Translations under genes and position numbers: made by a program
NCBI GenBank assembly: GCA_040902505.1
Contig: JBBDXE010000032.1
Span: forward strand, 494,378-558,377
Length of the DNA stretch: 64,000 nucleotides
Source of the DNA: Dehalococcoidia bacterium
GTDB taxonomy: Bacteria > Chloroflexota > Dehalococcoidia > DSTF01 > JACRBR01
Direction: 5' to 3'
The notes under the pieces: generated by a model
The model's input: only the letters and a program-made list of their open reading frames with translations
Databases searched by the model: none
What the model was told of the DNA's origin: nothing
Shown: one piece after another, positions 20,193 through 29,004 of the stretch
Layout of the letters: the number at the start of each line of letters is the position of its first letter
Numbering within the stretch: position 1 is the first letter of the stretch

Positions 20193-21229
20193 GCAAGCAG
20201 CTCAAGCTCGGCCTCGCCACCGGATACTGGGCCTCCGGCCCGCCCGCCGGCATCGAAGACAGTATCGCCGAGGCGGAGCGCCTCGGCTTCGACTCCATCT
20301 GGACCGCCGAGGCCTACGGCTCCGACTGCCTCACCCCCCTCGCCTGGTGGGGCGCCCGCACCTCCCGCCTCAAGCTCGGCACATCCATCGCCCAGATCTC
20401 CGCCCGCACCCCCTCCGCCATGGCCATGGCCGCCATCACCCTCGACCATCTCTCCGGCGGGCGCTTCATCCTCGGACTCGGCGCCTCCGGCCCGCAGGTC
20501 GTCGAGGGATGGTACGGCCAGCCCTACCCCCGCCCCCTCGAGCGCACCCGCGAGTACGTCGACATCATCCGACGCATCGTCGCCCGCGACGCCCCCCTCG
20601 AGTTCTCCGGACGCCACTACCAGGTCCCGTTCGCCGGCGGCACCGGCCTCGGCAAGCCCCTGAAGTCGATCGTCCACCCCCTCCGCCGCGACATCCCCAT
20701 CTACCTCGGCGCCGAAGGCCCGAAGAACGTCGCCATGACCGCCGAGATCGCCGACGGCTGGATGCCCGTCTTCTTCTCCCCGAAGAGCGACCCCTACTAC
20801 CGCGCCGCCCTCGCCGAAGGCTTCGCCCGCCCCACCGCCCGTTGCACCCCGGACGACTTCGAGGTCGCCGCCGCCGTCTCCATCATCGTCAACGACGACG
20901 TCGAAGCCGCCGCCGACATGATGCGCCCCATGGTCGCGCTCTACGTCGGTGGCATGGGCGCGCGCGAAGCGAACTTCCATTACGACGTCGTCGCCCGCCT
21001 CGGCTACGAGGGCGAGTGCCGCCAGATCCAGCAGCTCTACCTCGAAGGCAAGCGCCGCGAGGCGATGGCCGCCGTCCCCACCCGCCTGATCGAAGACATC
21101 GCCATCATCGGGCCCGCCGGCAAGGTCAAGGACAGACTCGCCGAATGGCAGACCACCGCCGCCACCACCCTCCTCGTCGGAGGCCCCCCGCCAACCCTCC
21201 GCACCATCGCCGCTCTGGTGAACAAGTAG
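20189..21229 (+). CDS. LLM-class F420-dependent oxidoreductase
   Basis: WTAEAYGSD, TLDHLSGGRFILGLGASGPQVVEGW, GAEGPKNV. Confidence 0.92.
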   Translation: MSKQLKLGLATGYWASGPPAGIEDSIAEAERLGFDSIWTAEAYGSDCLTPLAWWGARTSRLKLGTSIAQISARTPSAMAMAAITLDHLSGGRFILGLGASGPQVVEGWYGQPYPRPLERTREYVDIIRRIVARDAPLEFSGRHYQVPFAGGTGLGKPLKSIVHPLRRDIPIYLGAEGPKNVAMTAEIADGWMPVFFSPKSDPYYRAALAEGFARPTARCTPDDFEVAAAVSIIVNDDVEAAADMMRPMVALYVGGMGAREANFHYDVVARLGYEGECRQIQQLYLEGKRREAMAAVPTRLIEDIAIIGPAGKVKDRLAEWQTTAATTLLVGGPPPTLRTIAALVNK

Positions 21230-21299
21230 TCACCCCGCTCGATTGGCTTCTTGGGCATCAGTCCTTGCACCGCGCCGGTGCCTGTGACACCATCCGCCG

Positions 21300-21989
21300 A
21301 TGGCCAGCTACATCGATCGCGCGACGCTCCATCCCAAAGGCTGGAATGACAACGTTGCCCTTCCCTACGGCCTTCGACCCTCGGAGACCAAGGCCGCGGT
21401 CGACGACATCTACGACTTCCTCTACAACGTCAATCGCTTTCTGGTCGAGCGCGGCTGGGATCGCCTCGAAGAGACGCTCTCCGCCGCTACCTTCAGCGGT
21501 GTCATGAGCGAGCTCGTCGTGGAAGGTGTCTCGAAGCGCAGCGACACGGTCGTCAAGAACCAGTATCACAACGGCCGGCCGGACCTCATCCCTCGGGGCA
21601 TGTACGCCGATGACGCTTGCCAGCGCGGAGCGGACGGCATCGAAGTAAAGGCCTCGCGATGGTCAAACGGCTGGCAGGGTCACAACGTCGAGGACGGTTG
21701 GATCATGATCTGCCAGTACTTCATCGACCGCAACACCACACCGGTCGAGAATCGGTCGCCAAGCCGTTTCGACAGAATCATGTGCGCGCAACTGAACGAA
21801 GACGACTGGAGCTTCTCCGGCCGCGGCGCCGCCAGCCGGCGCACACCCACCGCGTCGATCAAGCGTTCCGGCGTGGCAAAGCTCGAAGCGAACGCGATCT
21901 ACCTCGACCCGAACTACGTTCCGCGTTCGAGATCGAAGAGGACGACTCGGGCACCGACAGCTGGGACAGAGCCGGAATCGCCGTCATAG
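21300..21989 (+). CDS. Putative type II restriction endonuclease (PD-(D/E)xK)
   Basis: PDL...DGIEVK motif; convergent with a DNA methyltransferase. Confidence 0.6.
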   Translation: MASYIDRATLHPKGWNDNVALPYGLRPSETKAAVDDIYDFLYNVNRFLVERGWDRLEETLSAATFSGVMSELVVEGVSKRSDTVVKNQYHNGRPDLIPRGMYADDACQRGADGIEVKASRWSNGWQGHNVEDGWIMICQYFIDRNTTPVENRSPSRFDRIMCAQLNEDDWSFSGRGAASRRTPTASIKRSGVAKLEANAIYLDPNYVPRSRSKRTTRAPTAGTEPESPS

Positions 21990-22851
21990 CGAGCGTCACG
22001 TAGTCCGCGTCTACTTCGACGCCAACGCCGCGATAGCCAACCGCCTCACACGCCGCCAGCGTAGAGCCGCTGCCCGCGAACGGATCGAGCACCGTCCCCT
22101 CGCCCAGCGGAAGCGCCGCACGGACAACCTGGCGCAGGAACGCCTGGGGCTTGAGGCTCGGGTGCGGTGCCAGCTTCCGCTCGTCCGGACGCGTTGGCCG
22201 GCTGCTGATGACGTCAAGAAACGGTCCGGTCTCTAAGCGACGCAATCCGCCTGTGCGCCACTTGCGGAGGTTCTCCGCGACCGTCCCCTCGCAGCGCTTG
22301 CGGAAGATCACCCACGGTTCCCACGCGGAACGCGGCATCACCGTCACGGCGCTGAACTCATCCTCCGCGTTCTTCGGACGGTCGCCGCCGCGGAGCGTCT
22401 GCGTCAGCCGCACGATCTCGCCGCGCTTCTCGAACGCCGCGTCCACCATCGCCTGCGATACGACGTGCGACAGCAGCGGACTCGTCGCGATGAAGACGTG
22501 CGCGCCCGGCACTAGCTTCGGCCGCAGCGTCTCGCCCCACTCCCTGAAGAAGTCGTAGAGCGCCGCCAGATCACGGTCCTCCAGCACGGTGAACCGCGGG
22601 ACGGGCGCGCGCTTGTGTCCACCGATCGACGGCGGGATGCGCCAGACCCCGCCGCGTCCCTGCCGGAGCTTCTTCATCTGCTCCGGCGTGTACTCCAGCA
22701 TGCCGTACGGCGGGTCCGTGACGACGGCCTCGAACGAGTGGTCCGCCTGCTCGGCCAGCCAGCGTAGACAGTCCCCCTCGTGGAGCTGCACCAGCCCCGA
22801 GGGCGAGACGATGACACGTGAGACGGGAGCTTGCTCGCGCGGCTGAATCAA
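21859..22851 (-). CDS. Site-specific DNA methyltransferase (N4/N6, beta-class motif order)
   Basis: GDCL, TDPPY, HPSLKP, LDPFAGSGST. Confidence 0.92.
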   Translation of the reverse strand: MIQPREQAPVSRVIVSPSGLVQLHEGDCLRWLAEQADHSFEAVVTDPPYGMLEYTPEQMKKLRQGRGGVWRIPPSIGGHKRAPVPRFTVLEDRDLAALYDFFREWGETLRPKLVPGAHVFIATSPLLSHVVSQAMVDAAFEKRGEIVRLTQTLRGGDRPKNAEDEFSAVTVMPRSAWEPWVIFRKRCEGTVAENLRKWRTGGLRRLETGPFLDVISSRPTRPDERKLAPHPSLKPQAFLRQVVRAALPLGEGTVLDPFAGSGSTLAACEAVGYRGVGVEVDADYVTLAMTAIPALSQLSVPESSSSISNAERSSGRGRSRSLRALPRRNA

Positions 22852-22866
22852 CGACTGGCTCCATCC

Positions 22867-22886
22867 AGAAGGTATGTTCTATTCTA
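22867..22886 (-). promoter_or_regulatory. Putative -10 element plus LexA-type SOS box upstream of the MTase
   Basis: Minus strand TAGAAT followed directly by AGAACATACCTTCT (one mismatch to AGAAC-N4-GTTCT). Confidence 0.45.
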
Positions 22887-22936
22887 TTCTCGCGCACCCG
22901 CTCTGTCTATCACTGATTTCCCACCGCCGCCTTCAC

Positions 22937-23641
22937 TCAATGCCTAACCTCCCCCTCCACCTCCCGGCGCCCCGCCTGCCGCCTCCCCAACCCCACCATC
23001 GCCTCCACCGAGAACTCCCCCGACTGGCACAGCGCGATCACCTCCCGCTCCTCCGCCTCCAGCTTCCGGATCGCCTCCGGCAGCCCTCCCGCGATCGACG
23101 CCGGCACCGAGATCACCCCGTGCTGGTCGCCATGGATGATGTCGCCCGGCCGCACCACCAGCCCCCCGACCGTCACCGGCGCCCCCACCTCCACCACATG
23201 CACGTACGCGTGCGACACCCCGACCGACCCCGCGAAGAAGTGGAAGTCGCCCAGCGCCCGCACCTCGTCCAGGTCGCGCACCGACCCGTTCGTCACCACC
23301 CCCGCCGCCCCCAGCGCCCGGTGCGTGTTCCCGTTCACCTCCCCCCACAGCGCGCCCACACCCGGCGGGTCGTCGAGGTCCTGCACCACCACCACCCGCG
23401 GCGCCGGCACCGACAGCACGTGCTCCCATAGCTCCGATGCCGCCACCCGCTCGCCCGGTTCCGCCGCCCGCATGGTCGCCGTCGCCGCGTACCCCACCAT
23501 CCGCCCCAGCTCCGGGAAGATGCAGCGGACGCTCGCGTCCATGAACCCCTCGTGGCGCTTCCGCACGCCGAACGTCTCGATCCCGTTCGCGATCGAGGGA
23601 GTGCTGAACGCCCGCAGCTCCTCCAGTATCCCGTCGCTCAT
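22937..23641 (-). CDS. RraA/HMG aldolase family protein
   Basis: VGYAAT, ALWGEV, GVVTNGSVRD, PGDIIHGDQHGV. Confidence 0.88.
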   Translation of the reverse strand: MSDGILEELRAFSTPSIANGIETFGVRKRHEGFMDASVRCIFPELGRMVGYAATATMRAAEPGERVAASELWEHVLSVPAPRVVVVQDLDDPPGVGALWGEVNGNTHRALGAAGVVTNGSVRDLDEVRALGDFHFFAGSVGVSHAYVHVVEVGAPVTVGGLVVRPGDIIHGDQHGVISVPASIAGGLPEAIRKLEAEEREVIALCQSGEFSVEAMVGLGRRQAGRREVEGEVRH

Positions 23642-23713
23642 GGTGCCCACCTTTCTCATCGCCGCCCGCAGACCGTAGGCAGCACGCCGATCTCGTCAAT
23701 TGCCAACCTATTC

Positions 23714-24892
23714 TCACTGACGGCCAACCCAACGACCCGTTGCGTCATAGTTCCGGGAACCGCGCATTCCGCCCGCCTGCCACACGGCGTCAAATGCAGG
23801 TTTCAGTACCACATCAACCGGAATTCCCCACTCCTCCACCACCAACTCCGGCATAACGAGCAGATCACGTTCGATTGGTAGCAGATCGCTTGGGAACACG
23901 TTTTCGACACCCAACCGATGACCCTTCACGCCGAACAGTGACAACATGACGAACAACGGCATGCCCACCTGGAGGGTCTCGAGTAGCCGGAGGTACCGTG
24001 TTAGCGACTCGATGATCTCCTTCTCGTAAGCCTCGGTTGGTATCGCATCGCCTCTAGCGGTTAGCATCCTCGCGTCTACAGCTTCTATGGCTCCACTGCG
24101 GAACAACTGTGCGTAGCTGGAGCATCCACCTTCTCGAGTCGCCGAGTACGTCAGAAGCCCATCGAAGTTGATTCGATTGTTCCAGTCAGCAGCATAGAGC
24201 GGTGGAAAATCGACTGGACTCACGGCGGCGAAATCCACTCCTGCGCTCGGATCGAAGGCCCGGCCATGAGTCACGTGAAGCACGACGCGCGAGGTACCCA
24301 GGAGAGCGGTCGGCGTCTGGTCAGCAACGACCTGGGCGAGTCGTTCGTCGCGAAACCGGCGGATCCGCTCGGGTAGCTCTTCAGCCGCCGCAAATGCCGT
24401 CTTAAGCTCCAGCGTGTCGAGCGGATACTTTCCCGCGCTGTTACGTGAGTAGAACCTGGATGAACCCTTGTACGCCACTCTGTGCGGGCCGAACAGACTA
24501 CGCGGCACGCGCATCAGGATTACTGCCCCTGGCGAGATGTCAGTTATCCCCTTCGTTTGGATCCCATGAATACGGGGATCGATGGAGTCCCTGCAAAGAG
24601 ACTCGAGCCGCAGTATTTCGGCATCCAAGTTCGCGTTGCCAAGTCCGCAGATGCTATCAGGCACACCAGTAGCGCGACCTTCGTCATCTCGTCTATCCAA
24701 GACCCCGAACACCACATCCCCGCCACTCGCCGTCGCCAAGGAGGCCACGTCGGATAGGAACTCGCGCTTCTCAGCGTCGGTGTTACCCGGAAGCTCTGCC
24801 TTGTACTCAAGGGTTCTTCGTTCTCGAACTGCGTTCTCGACGAGAAGTTCGATGTCGCGAGGGTCGACCGCATCTAACGGTTTGTTGATCAT
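23714..24892 (-). CDS. AlbA_2 (Schlafen-like) domain protein
   Basis: E.RTLEYK, DVASLATASGG.VVFGV.D, FYSRNSAG; lower GC than flanks. Confidence 0.8.
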   Translation of the reverse strand: MINKPLDAVDPRDIELLVENAVRERRTLEYKAELPGNTDAEKREFLSDVASLATASGGDVVFGVLDRRDDEGRATGVPDSICGLGNANLDAEILRLESLCRDSIDPRIHGIQTKGITDISPGAVILMRVPRSLFGPHRVAYKGSSRFYSRNSAGKYPLDTLELKTAFAAAEELPERIRRFRDERLAQVVADQTPTALLGTSRVVLHVTHGRAFDPSAGVDFAAVSPVDFPPLYAADWNNRINFDGLLTYSATREGGCSSYAQLFRSGAIEAVDARMLTARGDAIPTEAYEKEIIESLTRYLRLLETLQVGMPLFVMLSLFGVKGHRLGVENVFPSDLLPIERDLLVMPELVVEEWGIPVDVVLKPAFDAVWQAGGMRGSRNYDATGRWVGRQ

Positions 24893-24992
24893 GGCGCGAT
24901 CCTAACCTCCCCGAGCGATAAGGCCCGCAGATGGCGAGACACCCATTAGTACGTATCCCGTTCACAGGCAACCTAATCACGTATCGCGTCGC

Positions 24993-25988
24993 TCATGGTC
25001 CCCCCTCCGTCGACTGCGTCGCCGACAGCGCCTCCGGATTCACGATGCGCGCGCACGGCTCACCCGCCAGGCACGCCAGCAGGTTGCCCGTCGCCAGCTC
25101 CTGCATCGCCGCCCGCGTCTCAACCGTCGCGCTGCCGATGTGCGGCACGATGTAGACGTTCGGCAGCTGCAGCAGCGGGTCCGCCGCGTCCGGCGGCTCC
25201 ACCTCCAGCACGTCCAGCGCCGCCCCCGCGATGCGCTGCTCCGACAGCGCCGCGGCCAGCGCCTTCTGGTCCACCACCGGCCCGCGCGCCGCGTTGATCA
25301 GGAACGCGCCCTTCCTCATGTGCGACAGCGCCGCCTCGTCGATCAGGTGTCGCGTCGACGGGTTCAGGTCGACGTGCAGCGACACGAAATCGCCCGCCGC
25401 CATCGCCTCGTCCAGCGTCGCCAGCCGCTCCACCCCCGCCTCCGGCTCCAGCTCCGGACGCGCGTCGTAGCAGACGACCCGCATCTTGAACGCCGCCGCC
25501 CGCGCCGCCACCTCCCGCCCGATCCTCCCCAGCCCGATGATCGACAGCGTCTTCCCCGCCAGGTCCGACCCCAGCGGGATCCGCAGCGTCGCGTCCCACC
25601 GCCCGCCCCGCACCGCCTGCTCGCTCTCCCGCAGCCGCCGCGCCATGACCACCATCAGCCCGAACACCAGCTCCGCCACCGCGTCGCTCAGCACCCCCGG
25701 CGTGTTCGTGACGACGATCCCCCGCTCCGTCGCGCACGCCAGGTCCACGTTGTCGAACCCCACCCCCACGTTGCTGATCACGCGCAGCCGCGGCGCCGCC
25801 TCCAGCACCTCCCGCGGATACGGCAGCTGCGCCGACCCCACCACCCCGTCCGCCTGCCGCAGCGCTCCCATCAGCTCCTCGCGGCTGATCGGCGTCCGCC
25901 CCCCGTACACCTCCACGTCGCAGCGCTCCCGCATCGCTTCGACGTACCGCTCCCCCAGCCCCATCGCCACGAACACCGTCGGCTTCAT
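24993..25988 (-). CDS. D-2-hydroxyacid dehydrogenase (glyoxylate reductase-like)
   Basis: VGFDNVD, NTPGVL, GLGRIG, LINAARG, PHIGSAT. Confidence 0.92.
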   Translation of the reverse strand: MKPTVFVAMGLGERYVEAMRERCDVEVYGGRTPISREELMGALRQADGVVGSAQLPYPREVLEAAPRLRVISNVGVGFDNVDLACATERGIVVTNTPGVLSDAVAELVFGLMVVMARRLRESEQAVRGGRWDATLRIPLGSDLAGKTLSIIGLGRIGREVAARAAAFKMRVVCYDARPELEPEAGVERLATLDEAMAAGDFVSLHVDLNPSTRHLIDEAALSHMRKGAFLINAARGPVVDQKALAAALSEQRIAGAALDVLEVEPPDAADPLLQLPNVYIVPHIGSATVETRAAMQELATGNLLACLAGEPCARIVNPEALSATQSTEGGP

Positions 25989-26048
25989 CCGCTCCCTCTC
26001 CCTCTCTTCGAACAACGCAACCCCTCACCCCAAACCCCCACCCCAAGA

Positions 26049-26137
26049 GCGCGGGCTTTCAGCCCGCGCGTGCAACGCACACATCCCCCAACCCGTCCCC
26101 TCCCCGCAACGGGGAGGGTGGCCGAAGGCCGGGAGAG
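26049..26137. repeat. REP-like palindromic cluster
   Basis: Hairpins GCGCGGGCT-TTC-AGCCCGCGC (26049-26069), CCCTCCCCG-CAA-CGGGGAGGG (26098-26118), GGCC-GAA-GGCC. Confidence 0.5.
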
Positions 26138-26338
26138 GTCCCCCACCCCACCCGCGCGGTGCAGTGTCACCGGCCGCTACGACATCGCCACCGCCCCGTG
26201 CAAAGCTCCCGGGTGATGCTGTACCCGATCTCCCGCCCGCCCGATCTCGTTCTCGAGGTCAATCAGCCAATTGAACCCTTCGCAGATTCCCCGACGGCGC
26301 GATTTTTTTCGAAACAGCCCAACAATCAAAGCCCGCCC

Positions 26339-27121
26339 CTACCCGTACGAGGGCAGGTTCGCCTTCCGGACGTCCCGCACCAGCGCCAGGTCCTCGGACG
26401 CGGCCCGCGCCATCCCGCTCACGTCCGCCGCCACGGTGATCATCTGGTACCCGTTCCGCGCGTGCCCCGCCGCCAGCTTCGCGTTCGCGTGGATGCCCGC
26501 CACCACCCCGTGCCGCACGCACCCCGCCACGATCGCGCGGCTGGCCTCCGCGAACGCGCCCTCATTGTCCATCCGAGGCTCCAGCCCCAGCGTGATGCTC
26601 AGGTCCGCCGGCCCCACGTACACCGCATCGATCCCCGGCACCGACAGGATCTCGTCCAGATGCTGGACCGCCGTCGCCGTCTCGATCATCGGGATGCACG
26701 CCACCTGCTCGTCGGCATGCCGGAAGTAGTCCGCCCTGGCGTAGAAGGTCACGCGATTGGGGCCGTAGCTTCGCCTCCCGCCCGGGGCGTACCGGCACGC
26801 CGCCACAGCCGCCTCAGCCTCCGCCCGGGAGTTCACCATCGGGACGATCACACCGTAGGCGCCCGCATCCAGCACCTTGCCGATGATCCCCTGCTCGTTC
26901 CAGGGCACCCGCACGAAGGGGATGGTCTCCGTCGTCCCCACCGCCCGCAGCATCGCCACCGCGTCCCGGTAGTCGATGACGCCGTGCTGCATGTCCACGC
27001 ACAGCCAATCGAACCCCACCTGCGCCATGGCCTCGGCGGCGTACGCATCGGGGATGGAGAGCCAGCCGCCGTACGTGATCTGGCCCGCGCGCCACAGGGA
27101 CTTGACGGTGTTCTCGCGCAC
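26339..27121 (-). CDS. HpcH/HpaI aldolase family protein
   Basis: GFDWLCVDMQHG, LDAGAYGVIVPMV, MIET, YVGPADL; GGAGG RBS before GTG 27121. Confidence 0.92.
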   Translation of the reverse strand: MRENTVKSLWRAGQITYGGWLSIPDAYAAEAMAQVGFDWLCVDMQHGVIDYRDAVAMLRAVGTTETIPFVRVPWNEQGIIGKVLDAGAYGVIVPMVNSRAEAEAAVAACRYAPGGRRSYGPNRVTFYARADYFRHADEQVACIPMIETATAVQHLDEILSVPGIDAVYVGPADLSITLGLEPRMDNEGAFAEASRAIVAGCVRHGVVAGIHANAKLAAGHARNGYQMITVAADVSGMARAASEDLALVRDVRKANLPSYG

Positions 27122-27235
27122 GCTCTGCCTCCTGGGTCGCCGCAGTCGGACGTAGTCTCCCGCATCCGCCCCGATAGAGCACGGGACCACCCCACCACCT
27201 GCGCCTATCTACCGGGAGTGCCACAATCACCCGCC

Positions 27236-28213
27236 ATGGCTACGATGCAAGTCTTCGTGACCCGTGCGCTGCCCGGCGGCGCCCTCGACACGCTCCGCGC
27301 CCTGCCGGACGTGGCCTGCGACGTCTGGCCGGACGACGAGCCCCCTCCCTACGAGACCATCCGCGACAGGGTGCCGGCCCTCGACGGCCTCCTCTGCCTC
27401 CTCACGGACCGCATCGATGCGCCGCTGCTGGAAGCGGCGCCGCAGCTCCGCGTGGTATCGCAGATGGCCGTCGGCGTCGACAACATCGACCTCGCGGCGG
27501 CGACGCGCCTGGGCATCCCCGTCGGCCACACCCCCGGCGTCCTGACGGAGACGACCGCGGACCTCGCGTGGGCGCTGATCCTCGCGACGGCCCGCCGCCT
27601 CCCCGAGGCGGAGCGCTTCCTGCGCGCCGGAAGCTGGCGGCACTGGTCGCCCGGCCTGCTCCTCGGCCGGGACGTGCACGGGGCGACGCTCGGCATCGTG
27701 GGGATGGGCGCAATCGGCGCTGCCGTCGCCCGGCGGGCCCGCGGCTTCGACATGCGCGTACTCTACTCCTCCCGGTCCCCGAAGGAGGTGCCCGACGCCC
27801 GCCCCGTCCCCCTCGACGAGCTGCTACGCGATTCCGACATCGTCTCAATCCACTGCGCCCTGACGCCGGAGACGCGCGGCCTCATCGGGCGCCGCGAGCT
27901 TGAGCTGACGAAGCCGTCCGCCTGCCTCATCAACACGGCCCGGGGCGAGATCGTCGATGAAGGGGCACTGTTCGAGGCGCTCTCCGCGGGCCGGATCGCC
28001 GCTGCGGGGCTCGACGTCTACGAGAAGGAGCCGCTCCCCGCCGACTCGCCGCTGCTCGTGCTGCCGAACGTCGTGCTGCTTCCGCACGTCGGCTCCGCCA
28101 CGCTCGAAACCAGAGGCCTGATGGCGGCGAGGGCGGTCGACAACCTCATCGCCGGCCTGCGCGGCGAACGGCTGCCGTTCTGCGCCAACCCGGACGTGTC
28201 GCCACGCGGATGA
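27236..28213 (+). CDS. D-glycerate dehydrogenase/glyoxylate reductase
   Basis: AVGVDNID, HTPGVLTETTAD, GMGAIG, INTARG, PHVGSAT. Confidence 0.92.
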   Translation: MATMQVFVTRALPGGALDTLRALPDVACDVWPDDEPPPYETIRDRVPALDGLLCLLTDRIDAPLLEAAPQLRVVSQMAVGVDNIDLAAATRLGIPVGHTPGVLTETTADLAWALILATARRLPEAERFLRAGSWRHWSPGLLLGRDVHGATLGIVGMGAIGAAVARRARGFDMRVLYSSRSPKEVPDARPVPLDELLRDSDIVSIHCALTPETRGLIGRRELELTKPSACLINTARGEIVDEGALFEALSAGRIAAAGLDVYEKEPLPADSPLLVLPNVVLLPHVGSATLETRGLMAARAVDNLIAGLRGERLPFCANPDVSPRG

Positions 28214-28282
28214 TCCCCCAGCGGCCGGAATGATGTGGCCCTCCAGGCAACCGAGGGCTCTCATGCCGGCGAGATCGCGGGT

Positions 28283-28315
28283 TTCATGCTGCCTTCATGC
28301 TCCCGATGCTATCGT
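28283..28315 (+). promoter_or_regulatory. OmpR-type tandem direct repeat plus -10 element
   Basis: TTCATG-N5-TTCATG (28283-28299), then TATCGT (28310-28315), 8 nt before ATG 28324. Confidence 0.6.
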
Positions 28316-28323
28316 GAGCCAGC

Positions 28324-29004
28324 ATGCGCGTACTCGTGGTCGAAGACGAGGCGACGATCGCCGACTTCCTCGTGCGGGGGCTCACCGAGCAGGGCTACGC
28401 CGTCGACCTGGCGCGCGACGGCGAGGCGGCGCTGGACCTGCTCGCCACGACCACTGTGGACGTGGTCGTCCTCGACATCATGCTGCCGCGGCTGGACGGG
28501 CTCGAAGTGTGCCGGCGACTGCGTGAACGGGAGAACCGGACGCCGGTGCTGATGCTCACCGCCCGCGATGCGGTCGAGGACCGCGTGCGAGGCCTTGATA
28601 CCGGGGCCGACGACTACCTTGTGAAGCCGTTCGCCTTCAGTGAGCTGGTAGCCCGCGTCCGGGCCCTCTCGCGACGCGAGCCGGCCACCACCGGACTGAT
28701 GCTCCGGGTGGCCGATCTGGAGCTGGATACCACAACCCGAGAGGCGCGTCGTGGCGGCAAGGCGATCGGGCTGACAACCAAGGAGTACGCCCTGTTGGAG
28801 TATCTGATGCGGAACCCAAGGCGCGTCCTCAGCCGCACGATGATCACGGAGCGCGTCTGGAACTACGATACATTCAACGTTGCCAACGTCATCGACGTCT
28901 ACATCGGGCACCTGCGGCGCAAGATCGATGACGGCCATGCCGAGAAGCTCATCCACACGGTGCGCGGTGCCGGCTACAGGATCGCCCCGCCGGGAGAGCC
29001 ATGA
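28324..29004 (+). CDS. OmpR-family response regulator
   Basis: VVEDE, LDIMLP, GADDYLVKPF, IHTVRGAGY. Confidence 0.95.
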   Translation: MRVLVVEDEATIADFLVRGLTEQGYAVDLARDGEAALDLLATTTVDVVVLDIMLPRLDGLEVCRRLRERENRTPVLMLTARDAVEDRVRGLDTGADDYLVKPFAFSELVARVRALSRREPATTGLMLRVADLELDTTTREARRGGKAIGLTTKEYALLEYLMRNPRRVLSRTMITERVWNYDTFNVANVIDVYIGHLRRKIDDGHAEKLIHTVRGAGYRIAPPGEP

